In this document: positions 30,999 to 39,972 of the stretch, piece after piece | Layout of the letters: every line of letters begins with the position of its first letter | How positions within the stretch are numbered: the first letter of the stretch is position 1 | Notes under the pieces: model-generated | Told to the model about the DNA's origin: nothing | What the model saw: the letters and a program-made list of their open reading frames with translations, nothing else | Database searches by the model: none | Program-made: the position numbers and the translations under genes | Assembly (NCBI GenBank): GCA_949289845.1 | Contig: CASEPN010000003.1 | Span: 77,558 to 141,557, forward strand | Origin: an uncultured Bacillota bacterium | GTDB lineage: Bacteria; Bacillota_I; Bacilli_A; RFN20; CAG-826 | DNA: 64,000 nucleotides | Direction of reading: 5' to 3'

Positions 30999-32225
30999 AT
31001 GAGAATCGCGCAGCTGAAGTCCTACGCCGAGCTCATCGCGAGAGTCGGAGGAAACGTCCAGAGAGGACAGTACGTCGTCATCCGGGCGAACGTCGCACTC
31101 GAGCGCTTCGCCGAGCTCGTCGGACGGGAATGCTACAAGCTCGGGGCCAAGAGGGTGCTCTACCGCTGGGAGAGCGCCAGGACCGACAGGGCCGACTACC
31201 GCCTTGGAAAGGTCAAGAGCCTCTCCGAGACGCTTCCCCAGGAATATGGCTGGCAGCAGTTCCTCACCGACGAGCTTCCCGTGACCATCTGGCTTGACGG
31301 GGACGACCCCGACGGACTAAGGGGCCTTGACGCCCACAAGATCGCCGAGATCAAGGCGAGGCGGCACGAGGCCGTCCGCCACTTCATCGACGCCCGCGAG
31401 AACCGCTACCAGTGGACGATCGCCGGCGCCCCCACGATCCCCTGGGCGAAGAAGGTGTTCCCGCACAAGACGAAGTGTCAGGCGGTGGACGCCCTCTGGG
31501 AGGCCATCCTCCACTGCGCAAGGGCCGACCACGGCGATCCCGTCGAGAACTGGGAGGAGCACGAGGCCACCCTCAAGGCCAAGTGCGAGGTCCTCAACAG
31601 CCTTCATCTCCGCAAGCTCCACTACATCGCGGGGAACGGGACCGACCTCACCGTCGGCCTCATCCCCGGGGTCCGCTGGCTCGCCGGCGGGGAGGAGACG
31701 ATGTCCGGCTCCTTCTTCCAGCCCAACATTCCGAGCGAGGAATGCTTTACTTCTCCGATGAAGGGGGAGGCGGAGGGCGTCGTCTATGCCTCCAAGCCCC
31801 TCAACTACAACGGCCAGCTCGTCGACAAGTTCTGGCTCCGCTTCGCCGAAGGCAAGGCCGTCGAGGCCCATGCCGAGGTCGGGGAGGAAGTGCTTCAGTC
31901 GATCCTCGGGCTCGACGAAGGAAGCGCCTACCTTGGGGAGTGCGCCCTGGTGCCTTGGGATTCCCCCATCAACCAGACCGGCATCCTCTTCTACAACACC
32001 CTCTTCGACGAGAACGCCTGCTGCCATCTCGCCCTCGGGCGCGGGTTTACGAATCTTTACCCCGACTTCGAGCGGTACACCGCTGAGGACATCCACCGGT
32101 TCGGGATCAACAAGTCCCTCAGCCACGTGGACTTCATGATCGGCACCCCGGACCTCAAGATCGTCGGCACCGACCAGGATGGAAAGGAAGTCGTCCTCTT
32201 CGAGAACGGCGTCTTCGCGATTTAG
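30999..32225 (+). CDS. aminopeptidase, M29 (AmpS/PepS) family
   Basis: Start MRIAQLKSYAEL with GGAGGT Shine-Dalgarno; M29 fold (thermophilic aminopeptidase family). Confidence 0.8.
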   Translation: MRIAQLKSYAELIARVGGNVQRGQYVVIRANVALERFAELVGRECYKLGAKRVLYRWESARTDRADYRLGKVKSLSETLPQEYGWQQFLTDELPVTIWLDGDDPDGLRGLDAHKIAEIKARRHEAVRHFIDARENRYQWTIAGAPTIPWAKKVFPHKTKCQAVDALWEAILHCARADHGDPVENWEEHEATLKAKCEVLNSLHLRKLHYIAGNGTDLTVGLIPGVRWLAGGEETMSGSFFQPNIPSEECFTSPMKGEAEGVVYASKPLNYNGQLVDKFWLRFAEGKAVEAHAEVGEEVLQSILGLDEGSAYLGECALVPWDSPINQTGILFYNTLFDENACCHLALGRGFTNLYPDFERYTAEDIHRFGINKSLSHVDFMIGTPDLKIVGTDQDGKEVVLFENGVFAI

Positions 32226-32247
32226 CGTTCCGACCGAACAACGAAAG

Positions 32248-32269
32248 GAGCCCCTTATGGGCTCTTTTT
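32248..32269. terminator. rho-independent terminator shared by convergent pepS and yolD
   Basis: GAGCCC-CTTAT-GGGCTC followed by TTTTT. Confidence 0.65.
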
Positions 32270-32270
32270 C

Positions 32271-32579
32271 CTATGCGTCCTCTATATCCAGGAGGTCGGG
32301 GAAGGGGATGCGGATCCCTTCGGCGATGAGAAGCCCTTCTTCGGGGCTAATCTTCTCTATATGGCCGAACAGAGTTCTTCTATGATTCAGTCTGAAATAG
32401 GTAATTTTCGAAATTTGACCAGAGTATTGCAAAAGATATTCGTTCATTTCCTCTGCCTTTTCCTCGGAAATGAGGGGCTTTTCCTCTCGTTCCAGGCGCT
32501 CGTTCATCGCCCTGTTGATCTCGGCTTGCTCCACAAGCGACTTGTAGGGAAGCCACTTCATCATCCCTCTGTCCTTCAT
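32271..32579 (-). CDS. yolD: YolD-like protein
   Basis: 102 aa, immediately downstream of and overlapping a Y-family polymerase gene, as for B. subtilis yolD/uvrX and yqjX/yqjW. Confidence 0.75.
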   Translation of the reverse strand: MKDRGMMKWLPYKSLVEQAEINRAMNERLEREEKPLISEEKAEEMNEYLLQYSGQISKITYFRLNHRRTLFGHIEKISPEEGLLIAEGIRIPFPDLLDIEDA

Positions 32580-33820
32580 CGCCTGTGGCCTCCGATCTGT
32601 CCGTGTCGCGTCCTGGCGGTGGAGTGTCCTAGGAGCGAGGAGCAGCGAAGAAGCGCGCTTTCGCCGAAGCGGTCCGCGATCCTATCCATCGAGCGGTCGA
32701 GGCCCCTCCTTTTCTCCATGTCCTCGAGGCTGAAGGAAAGAAGACCTTGCTCTCCCTCGTCAGGGGATAAGGACCCATAGGCGAGATGGAGTTGCCGGAT
32801 CGGAAGGCCATCGGGGATCCCGGAGCATAGGGAGAGGGTGAGTTCCTCGACGAGGCAGCGGTCTCCCGTGGGGTAGCTGAAGGCCGCTTCCTTCATGTAG
32901 CCTCCTCCCATCCCTCCGAACGAGACGCCTAGCTGCACCTTCCCGACGAGCATTCCTTCCTCCCGGAGCCTTCTCCTGAGGTCGTCCCCCATCTCCAGGA
33001 AGAGGAGGCGGCATTCTTCCTTCTTGTAGTCACGGATGAGAGTCTGTCCGATGTGAAGGCTATGCTCGCGGGGGACGTAGGGCGAGCGCATGTTGCTTTC
33101 GTCTATGCCCTGCATGAGGTCGCTCAGCTGGGCGCCCATGACCCCGAGCTCCTCCTCTAGGAAGTCCCGGTCCGCCTCCCCGAGCTCCTTCGGTGTGCGG
33201 ATCCCGAGGCGGGCGAGGCGCGTCTTCGTGCCTCCCGCGATGCCCCAGATCTTTTCCAGGGAGGAGACGTTCCAGAGCTTCTTCTCCGCGTCCTCCCTTG
33301 TCCATCTCGCCGTGTAGGGAGGAGCCTTCTTGCCTTCCTGGTCGAGTGCGCACTTGGCCATGAACATGGAATCGCCGATCCCGGCGGTCGCAGTGAGCCC
33401 AAGCCTTTCCTTTATCCTTTTCTTAATCCTCTCGGCGATCTCCTCCGCACTGACGCCATAGAGGGTGAGATATGGCCCGAGGTTCAGGAAGCTCTCGTCC
33501 ACGGAGTAGACGTGGATGTCCTCCGCGGAGACGAACTCCCGGAAGATGCGCACGACGTCCGCGGCGACCTTGAGGTAGTACTCCATCCTGGGTCGGGCGA
33601 AGATGAGGCCCGGGATGTCGGGGAGGTCGCGCTTCCGGCAGACGTTGGGGACGCCATATCGCTTTTTCAGGTACGGGGTGACGGACATCACGACCGAGCT
33701 CTCGCTCCGGTTGGGGTCGCAGCACACCAAAGGGGCCTCGAACATGTCGAGATGGCGGGAGGCGCACTCCACCGAGGCATAGAAGCTTTTCAAATCGATT
33801 ACGGCAATTGTCCGTTCCAT
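32576..33820 (-). CDS. Y-family (UmuC/DinB-like) translesion DNA polymerase
   Basis: IAVIDLKSFYASVE and SVDESFL catalytic motifs; 414 aa. Confidence 0.85.
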   Translation of the reverse strand: MERTIAVIDLKSFYASVECASRHLDMFEAPLVCCDPNRSESSVVMSVTPYLKKRYGVPNVCRKRDLPDIPGLIFARPRMEYYLKVAADVVRIFREFVSAEDIHVYSVDESFLNLGPYLTLYGVSAEEIAERIKKRIKERLGLTATAGIGDSMFMAKCALDQEGKKAPPYTARWTREDAEKKLWNVSSLEKIWGIAGGTKTRLARLGIRTPKELGEADRDFLEEELGVMGAQLSDLMQGIDESNMRSPYVPREHSLHIGQTLIRDYKKEECRLLFLEMGDDLRRRLREEGMLVGKVQLGVSFGGMGGGYMKEAAFSYPTGDRCLVEELTLSLCSGIPDGLPIRQLHLAYGSLSPDEGEQGLLSFSLEDMEKRRGLDRSMDRIADRFGESALLRCSSLLGHSTARTRHGQIGGHRR

Positions 33821-33903
33821 GCCCCTATATCCTATTGAGGGGTCTCCTGAGAGAGGAGTCTTGACTTTCGCTCCCTCAGGGAAACCCCAGAGGAGGTGCC
33901 TTC

Positions 33904-35193
33904 ATGACCGACGTGGCGATTCTCATTCTCCTGGGAGCGATGCTTCTTGCGACTCTCTACCTCATCTTCGACCGGGTGCGTTCTGGGAAGAAGGGGACGG
34001 ATTCCCTGAGCCCTGATCTCCTGCGTCTGAAGGAAGAAATCCCCCTCCTTGTGGAAAACCGCCTCAAGGAAGAGACGATCCGTATGAGCGAGGCGCTTTC
34101 CCGGGAGGAAAAGAGGCTGGGGGAGGAGGTTCGTTCCCTCCAGGAATCCTTCCTTCGCTTCCAGGGGGAGCAGAAGGAGGAGTCAGCGAAGGCGAGGGAG
34201 GCAATGCTCGGGAAGAGCGTCGAGATGGGCTCCCTTTCCCTCAAGGCGGTCCAGGAGGCTGGGGACAAGATGCGGGAGGAGGTCGAGAAGAAGCTCCTCG
34301 CGATCTCGGAGAAGGTCGACCTCGCCCTCCGGGACGGCTTCCGCGGGAACCAGGAGTCCCTTGCGGGCATCCAGGAGAGGCTTGCGAAGATCGACGAGGC
34401 GCAGCGCCATCTGGATGCTCTCCAGAAGGACGTGGTCAGCCTGAACGCCGTCCTCCAGGGGAACCAGACGAGAGGACGCTACGGGGAGCTCCAGCTCGAG
34501 ATGCTCCTCGAGAAGGCGTTCCCCGAGGGAAGGGCGACGGGGCATTACGAGATTCAAAGGGAGCTCCCCGGGACCCATGGGGAGGTCCTGCGTCCGGACG
34601 CGTCAATCATCCTCATGCGCGGGGATGAGGAAGTCCGCCTTCCCATCGATAGCAAGTTCCCCTTCGATTCCTACGGGCGATATCTCTCGGAAAAGGATGA
34701 GGAGAGGAAGGGGGAGGCGCTCAAGGCCTTCAAGTCCGCCGTCCGGGAGAGGGCGAAGGACGTGATGAAGTACGTCGGGCTTCCCGGGACGATGGATCAG
34801 GCGATCCTCTTCATTCCCTCCGAAGGAATCTTCGCGACGATCGAGAACGAGTTCCCCGACCTTGTGGACGAGTTCCGTTCCCGGGGCGTCCTCTTCGCCT
34901 CCCCCACCATCCTCCTCGCCCTCATCGTCATCATCCACGGGAACGAGCGTGAGATGAAAAGAAGCAAGGAAAGCGAGGAAATCAGGAAGAATCTGATCCT
35001 TCTTGGGAAGGAGTTCGATCGGCTGGGCGGCCGCTGGGAAGCCCTGGTCAGGCGGGTCAAGGGACTCGACAAGGACACCGACGACCTTTCCATCACGGTG
35101 AGGAAGATCAACCGCCGCTTCGTCGAGATCGAAGGAGGGGAAGGGGCCAGGCAGGACGAGGTCCCGGAGGCCATCGAAGGGAGCGTGGAATAG
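33904..35193 (+). CDS. rmuC: DNA recombination protein RmuC
   Basis: N-terminal TM, coiled coil, and RmuC nuclease-like C-domain (GRYGELQLEMLLE). Confidence 0.85.
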   Translation: MTDVAILILLGAMLLATLYLIFDRVRSGKKGTDSLSPDLLRLKEEIPLLVENRLKEETIRMSEALSREEKRLGEEVRSLQESFLRFQGEQKEESAKAREAMLGKSVEMGSLSLKAVQEAGDKMREEVEKKLLAISEKVDLALRDGFRGNQESLAGIQERLAKIDEAQRHLDALQKDVVSLNAVLQGNQTRGRYGELQLEMLLEKAFPEGRATGHYEIQRELPGTHGEVLRPDASIILMRGDEEVRLPIDSKFPFDSYGRYLSEKDEERKGEALKAFKSAVRERAKDVMKYVGLPGTMDQAILFIPSEGIFATIENEFPDLVDEFRSRGVLFASPTILLALIVIIHGNEREMKRSKESEEIRKNLILLGKEFDRLGGRWEALVRRVKGLDKDTDDLSITVRKINRRFVEIEGGEGARQDEVPEAIEGSVE

Positions 35194-35238
35194 CCTTGCA
35201 TCGCCCGGGCGTCGCTCCTATAATCCGCGTTGCCTTGC

Positions 35239-35314
35239 GGGGCTGTGGCTCAGCTGGTAGAGCACGTCGTTCGCATCGATGAGGTCGCGGGTTCGAGTCC
35301 CGTCAGCTCCACCA
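35239..35314 (+). tRNA. tRNA-Ala (anticodon CGC), CCA encoded
   Basis: Cloverleaf folds. Acceptor GGGGCUG/CAGCUCC carries the G3:U70 alanine identity pair; anticodon loop UUCGCAU; T-loop GGUUCGAGUCC. Confidence 0.85.
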
Positions 35315-35375
35315 TCGCACTGGCAGGCGTCCCACCCGGGACGCCTTTTCTTGTCCATGGGATTAGAATCCCCGC

Positions 35376-36071
35376 ATGGACTTCTCCGGTTTTGAAAAGC
35401 TCTCGCTCCTGGACTACGACAAGCACATCGCGAGCTCCCTCTTCGTCGCGGGATGCGACTTCCGCTGCCCCTGGTGCCATAACTCTTCGCTCGTCATGGA
35501 CCCAGCCTCTGCCCCCACCATCCCGTGGGAGGAGATTCTGGCGTTTTTCAAGAAGAGGAAAGGGATGATTGAGGGAGTCTGCCTCACGGGGGGAGAGCCC
35601 ACCCTCATGCCCGACCTCATGGAGAAGATCAATGACCTGAAGTCCCTTGGCTATCTTGTGAAGCTAGACACGAACGGTTCGAGACCGAAGGTGCTCAAGG
35701 AAGCGCTGGAATCCGGACTCGTCGACTATGTGGCGATGGATATCAAGAACGCGCCTTCAAGATACGCAAGGACCGTAGGGCTTGCCTTGCTAGACATCGC
35801 CCCCATCAAGGAATCCGCCTCCCTGCTTCTTGCCGGGGGAGTGGACTTCGAGTTCCGCACGACGATCGTCGAGGAGTTCCATGACGAGGAGGCGATGAAG
35901 GAAATCGCAGGGTGGATCAAGGGAGCGCCCCGCTACTTCCTCCAAAGGTACATCGACGGGCCCAACTGCATTCGCTCCGGTTTCCATATGGTGGAGAAGG
36001 AAAAGGCCAGCGCCTGGCTGGCCTTGTTCTCCGAATCGGTGGGATCCGCATCGCTTCGTGGCTACGACTGA
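35376..36071 (+). CDS. nrdG: anaerobic ribonucleoside-triphosphate reductase activating protein (radical SAM)
   Basis: CDFRCPWC radical-SAM cluster motif. Confidence 0.85.
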   Translation: MDFSGFEKLSLLDYDKHIASSLFVAGCDFRCPWCHNSSLVMDPASAPTIPWEEILAFFKKRKGMIEGVCLTGGEPTLMPDLMEKINDLKSLGYLVKLDTNGSRPKVLKEALESGLVDYVAMDIKNAPSRYARTVGLALLDIAPIKESASLLLAGGVDFEFRTTIVEEFHDEEAMKEIAGWIKGAPRYFLQRYIDGPNCIRSGFHMVEKEKASAWLALFSESVGSASLRGYD

Positions 36072-36985
36072 GGGAGCGCGGACAGGTAGCGGTCGGCGGA
36101 GAGAGCGGCAATCGCCCCGTCGTTCACCGCGGTGACGACCTGGCGGACTTCCTTCTTCCGGCAGTCCCCAGCAGCAAAGACGCCAGGCGTCCTTGTCCTC
36201 ATCCCTTCGTCGGCGATCACGTATCCTTTCTCATCGAGGTCGACGAGGTTCCGGAACCTTTCGTTATCAGGAAGTTGCCCGATCGCGACGAAGATGCCTT
36301 CGCATTCAAGCGAGAGCTTTTCGTGAGAATCCGTTCCTTCAAACAGGACGCGCAGGGTATTCCCGTTGTTTTCAATGGCTTTTGAGGAGATTCCATGGTG
36401 AACGTGGACGTTCGGGAGGGCCGCTAGGGTGTCGACTAACCCTTTTTCCGCAAAGAAACTATCGAAAAGCGTGCAAATCTCAACTTCTTTTGCGGTTTTC
36501 GCGAGATAGTTCGCGTACTGGACGGCGGAGTTGCCGTCGCCAATGACGATTGCTCTCTTTCCTTCGACCTGGAAGGAGTCACAGACGGCGCAGTAGTAGA
36601 CGCCCTTGCCGACGTTCTCCTTCTCCCCGGGGATTCCGAGCTCCCGGTGCTTCGCTCCTGTCGCCAGGATGACCGCGTCCGCCTCGATGTCGGTATATTG
36701 GCAATGAACGAGGAACCGGTTTTCCTTCTTTTCGACGGATAACGCCTCATCTGGCTCCATTTCTGCCCCGATGGCCATCGTCTGCTCGAACATCGCGTTG
36801 CTAAGTTCGAGTCCGCTTCCTTTCGGGAAGGCGGGGTAGTTCTCGACGAGAGGGGAAGTGGCGATTTGGCCACCGATGGATTCCCTTTCGACAAGGACCA
36901 CCTTATGGCCGGCCCTGAGGCCGTATATAGCCGAAGAAAGGGCGGCTGGGCCGCCCCCGATGACGACGATCTTCCTAGGCCGCAT
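36062..36985 (-). CDS. thioredoxin reductase-like FAD/NAD(P)H disulfide oxidoreductase
   Basis: Start MRPRKIVVIGGGPAALSSAIYG (FAD GxGxxA), redox CAVC, second dinucleotide motif IVIGDGNSAVQYA. Start overlaps the nrdD 3' end. Confidence 0.75.
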   Translation of the reverse strand: MRPRKIVVIGGGPAALSSAIYGLRAGHKVVLVERESIGGQIATSPLVENYPAFPKGSGLELSNAMFEQTMAIGAEMEPDEALSVEKKENRFLVHCQYTDIEADAVILATGAKHRELGIPGEKENVGKGVYYCAVCDSFQVEGKRAIVIGDGNSAVQYANYLAKTAKEVEICTLFDSFFAEKGLVDTLAALPNVHVHHGISSKAIENNGNTLRVLFEGTDSHEKLSLECEGIFVAIGQLPDNERFRNLVDLDEKGYVIADEGMRTRTPGVFAAGDCRKKEVRQVVTAVNDGAIAALSADRYLSALPQS

Positions 36986-39374
36986 GCTTGACGGAGTCGA
37001 CGTAGCCGCGGATCTTGCTCGCGTTGTCGAACATCTCGTAGCCGTTCTCGGTCGGGACGAGGAGTGTGGGCGCGTTCTTGACGTGCGCCATTTCCACAAG
37101 GTCCTTGTGGGAGGCGGCGTCGAGCGCCGTGTAGCGGATGCCCCCGCGGTCGAGAATCATCTTGGCCATCTGGCAGTTCGGGCAGGTCGGCGAGGTGAAG
37201 AGGATCGGTCCTTCCGGCATTCCCGCAAGCTCGGGGGCCGGCTCGTGCTGGTGGAGCTCGCAGGCATGGATGCCGTGGCTTTCCATGTTCTTCTCGTCCG
37301 TGCAACCCTTGCGGATGGCGTAGGTCTGGCGGTCGCGGAACTCCTGGGCCTTCCCGGCATTCCAGTTCTTGACCGGGCGGTAGTAGCCGGTGATGCGGCT
37401 ATAAACCTCCGCCTCCTTCCCGCAGTATGGGCACTTCCACTGCTCGCCCTGGAGGTAGCCGTGGTCCTGGCAGACGGAGTAGGTGGGGGACATGGTGTAG
37501 TAGGGGAGCTTGTAGTTCTCCGCGATCGTGCGGACGAGCTTCATGCAGCTCTGCCAGTCCGGGAGCCTCTGACCGAGGAAAGCGTGGAAGACGGTCCCGG
37601 AGGTGTAGAGGGTCTGGAAGCGGTCCTCGATGTCGAGCGCCTGGAAGATGTCCGAGGTGAAGCCGACAGGGAGGTGCGAGCTGTTGGTGTAGTAGGGGGT
37701 GCCGCCTTCGTTGGCGGTGATGATGTCCGGGTAGCGCTCCTTGTCGTGCTTGGCAAGGCGGTAGGCGGTGCTCTCCGCGGGGGTGGCCTCGAGGTTGAAG
37801 AGCTCGCCGGCGTACCGCTCCTGGTAGCCGGAGAGGCGGTCCCTCATGTGGTTGAGCACCTCAACGGTGAAGTCCTGGGCCTCCTTGTCGGTGAGATCCT
37901 TCCTCAGCCAGCGGGCGTTGAGGCAGGCCTCGTTCATGCCTACGAGACCGATCGTCGAGAAGTGGTTGGCGAATGTGCCGAGGTAATGCTTGGTGTAGGG
38001 GTATAGCCCCGCGTCCAGGAGTGCGGTGACGAACTCGCGCTTCGCGTGGAGGGAGCGGGCGGCGACGTCCATCAGGTGGTCGAGGCGCTGGAAGAAGTCC
38101 TCGCGGTTCTCCGCGAGATAGGCCAGGCGCGGCATATTGAGGGTGACCACGCCGATCGATCCGGTGGACTCGCCGGAGCCGAAGTAGCCGCCGGACTTCT
38201 TGCGAAGCTCGCGGAGGTCGAGCCTGAGGCGGCAGCACATCGAGCGGACGTCGCTCGGCTTCATGTCGCTATTGATGTAGTTGCTGAAGTAGGGCGTGCC
38301 GTACTTGGCCGTCATCGTGAAGAGGAGGCGGTTGTTCTCGTTATCCGACCAGTCGAAGTCCTTGGTGATGGAGTAGGTCGGGATCGGGTACTGGAAGCCC
38401 CTTCCGTTCGCATCGCCCTCGATCATGACCTCGATGAACGCCTTGTTCACCATCGCCATCTCCTCGACGCAGTCCTTGTACTTGAAGGGCATCTCCTTCC
38501 CGCCGACGATACAGTTCAGTTCCGCCATGTCGTCGGGGACGGTCCAGTCGAGGGTGACGTTGGTGAAGGGCGCCTGGGTGCCCCAGCGGGACGGGGTGTT
38601 GACCCCGTAGATGAAGCTCTGGATGCACTGCTTCACTTCCTTGTAGGAGAGGTTATCGACCTTGACGAAGGGGGCGAGGTAAGTGTCGAAGCTCGAGAAG
38701 GCCTGGGCCCCCGCCCATTCGTTCTGCATGATGCCGAGGAAGTTGACCATCTGGTTGCAGAGGGTCATGAGGTGGTTGGCCGGGGAGGAGGTGATCTTCC
38801 CGGGCACGCCCCCGAGGCCCTGCTGGATCAGCTGCTTCAGGCTCCAGCCGGCGCAGTAGCCGGTGAGCATGGAAAGGTCGTGGATGTGCATGGCCGCGGA
38901 ACGGTGGGCCTCGGCTATCTCCTTGTCATAGACCTGGGAGAGCCAGTAGTTCGCGGTGACCGCGCCCGAGTTGGAAAGGATGAGCCCGCCTACAGAGTAG
39001 GTGACGGTGCTGTTCTCCTTCACGCGCCAGTCGTTGATCTTCAGGTAGTTGTCGACGACCGCCGCGTAGTTCAGCTCGGTGTTCCGCATCTCGCGGAGCT
39101 CCTCGTGCTGCCTCCGGTAGCCCATGTAGGAGCGGGCGACGTCGATGTAGCCGGTCTCGATGAGGGCGATCTCGACGCTGTCCTGGATGTCCTCCACGCC
39201 GATGATCCCGTCCTTCACCTTGTTCCCGAAGTGGCTCGTGGCACGGAGAGCGATGAGTTCGATGACGCTCTTGTCGGGGGTCACGTGCTCGGCTACGAGG
39301 GCCCTCTCGATGGCCCACTCGATCTTCTTGATGTCGAACTCGACGATGGAACCGTTTCTCTTCTGGACTCTCAT
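36975..39374 (-). CDS. nrdD: anaerobic ribonucleoside-triphosphate reductase (class III) with fused C-terminal NrdH/glutaredoxin-like domain
   Basis: ATP-cone at N-terminus; Zn ribbon CQDHG...CPYCG; glycyl-radical motif SRITGYY; extra ~100-aa thioredoxin-fold tail with CPNC. Start chosen at MRVQKRNG, with AAGGAG Shine-Dalgarno 8 nt upstream. Confidence 0.88.
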   Translation of the reverse strand: MRVQKRNGSIVEFDIKKIEWAIERALVAEHVTPDKSVIELIALRATSHFGNKVKDGIIGVEDIQDSVEIALIETGYIDVARSYMGYRRQHEELREMRNTELNYAAVVDNYLKINDWRVKENSTVTYSVGGLILSNSGAVTANYWLSQVYDKEIAEAHRSAAMHIHDLSMLTGYCAGWSLKQLIQQGLGGVPGKITSSPANHLMTLCNQMVNFLGIMQNEWAGAQAFSSFDTYLAPFVKVDNLSYKEVKQCIQSFIYGVNTPSRWGTQAPFTNVTLDWTVPDDMAELNCIVGGKEMPFKYKDCVEEMAMVNKAFIEVMIEGDANGRGFQYPIPTYSITKDFDWSDNENNRLLFTMTAKYGTPYFSNYINSDMKPSDVRSMCCRLRLDLRELRKKSGGYFGSGESTGSIGVVTLNMPRLAYLAENREDFFQRLDHLMDVAARSLHAKREFVTALLDAGLYPYTKHYLGTFANHFSTIGLVGMNEACLNARWLRKDLTDKEAQDFTVEVLNHMRDRLSGYQERYAGELFNLEATPAESTAYRLAKHDKERYPDIITANEGGTPYYTNSSHLPVGFTSDIFQALDIEDRFQTLYTSGTVFHAFLGQRLPDWQSCMKLVRTIAENYKLPYYTMSPTYSVCQDHGYLQGEQWKCPYCGKEAEVYSRITGYYRPVKNWNAGKAQEFRDRQTYAIRKGCTDEKNMESHGIHACELHQHEPAPELAGMPEGPILFTSPTCPNCQMAKMILDRGGIRYTALDAASHKDLVEMAHVKNAPTLLVPTENGYEMFDNASKIRGYVDSVKHAA

Positions 39375-39972
39375 GGGCAATCTCCTTTGGGAAGGGGCTT
39401 CAAACCCTAGGGACGGCAAGGTCCCGAAGGCGCCCTTCTCGCGTTTCGTGCTGCGCAACTATCTGACAAGGGAAGCGATTTGTCATGCCCCACGCTCAAC
39501 ATTTGCATTGGGGTTAATGCCTTCCCATTTTTCAGAGAATTTTCAATAGGAGTCATTAGGCGCATGCGCCGGATTTGAGTGGCAAGCCAAAGCCAATCCC
39601 TAGTCAATACGGACTTGCAGGATTTTATTACGCTGTATAGAAATAGTTTTCCACCGTCAATACCGGTTTACCGATATTGATTAGTTATTGTTCGGAAGAT
39701 CCTGAGCCAGCAGACCTATTTCGTATTGAAGTAACTTTTCTCTGGAATTGGTTGTATGCACAAATTTCTTCGACATATCCACTAATTCCTCTCCTTGTCT
39801 TTTTAGAAAGTGGGATGGCGTCTTGCCTTTTCGTTTTGTGCATAAGTCCGCTTCGCCAGCAGTTGATCAGATATGGGGGTTTGAAAACGCTTAACTCGCT
39901 CTAGTTTATAAACAAAACACATATTCACTTGCCTATAATCCCGCCGGCTATTAAAGGGAAGGGAGATTCACA
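39375..39972. other. ~600-bp AT-rich non-coding island (5' regions of divergent nrdD and mscL)
   Basis: Visibly lower GC than the flanks; no convincing ORF with an RBS; contains inverted repeat TCAATACCGGTTTACCGATATTGA (39658-39681). Confidence 0.5.

Noticed and set aside
35239-35314. tRNA-Ala as an integration site for a downstream island (nrdG-nrdD-AT-rich region)
   Set aside because: No direct repeat of the tRNA 3' end was found downstream. The nrd genes have host-like composition and no integrase is present.
39690-39715. Possible SRP-RNA domain IV-like motif (CGGAAGATCCTGAGCCAGCAG)
   Set aside because: Does not match the conserved GGAAGGAAGCAGCC core; no flanking helix-8 pairing.
39677-39904. 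75-aa hydrophobic ORF inside the AT-rich island
   Set aside because: TTG start with no Shine-Dalgarno. Composition follows the AT-rich DNA. Kept only as part of the island finding.
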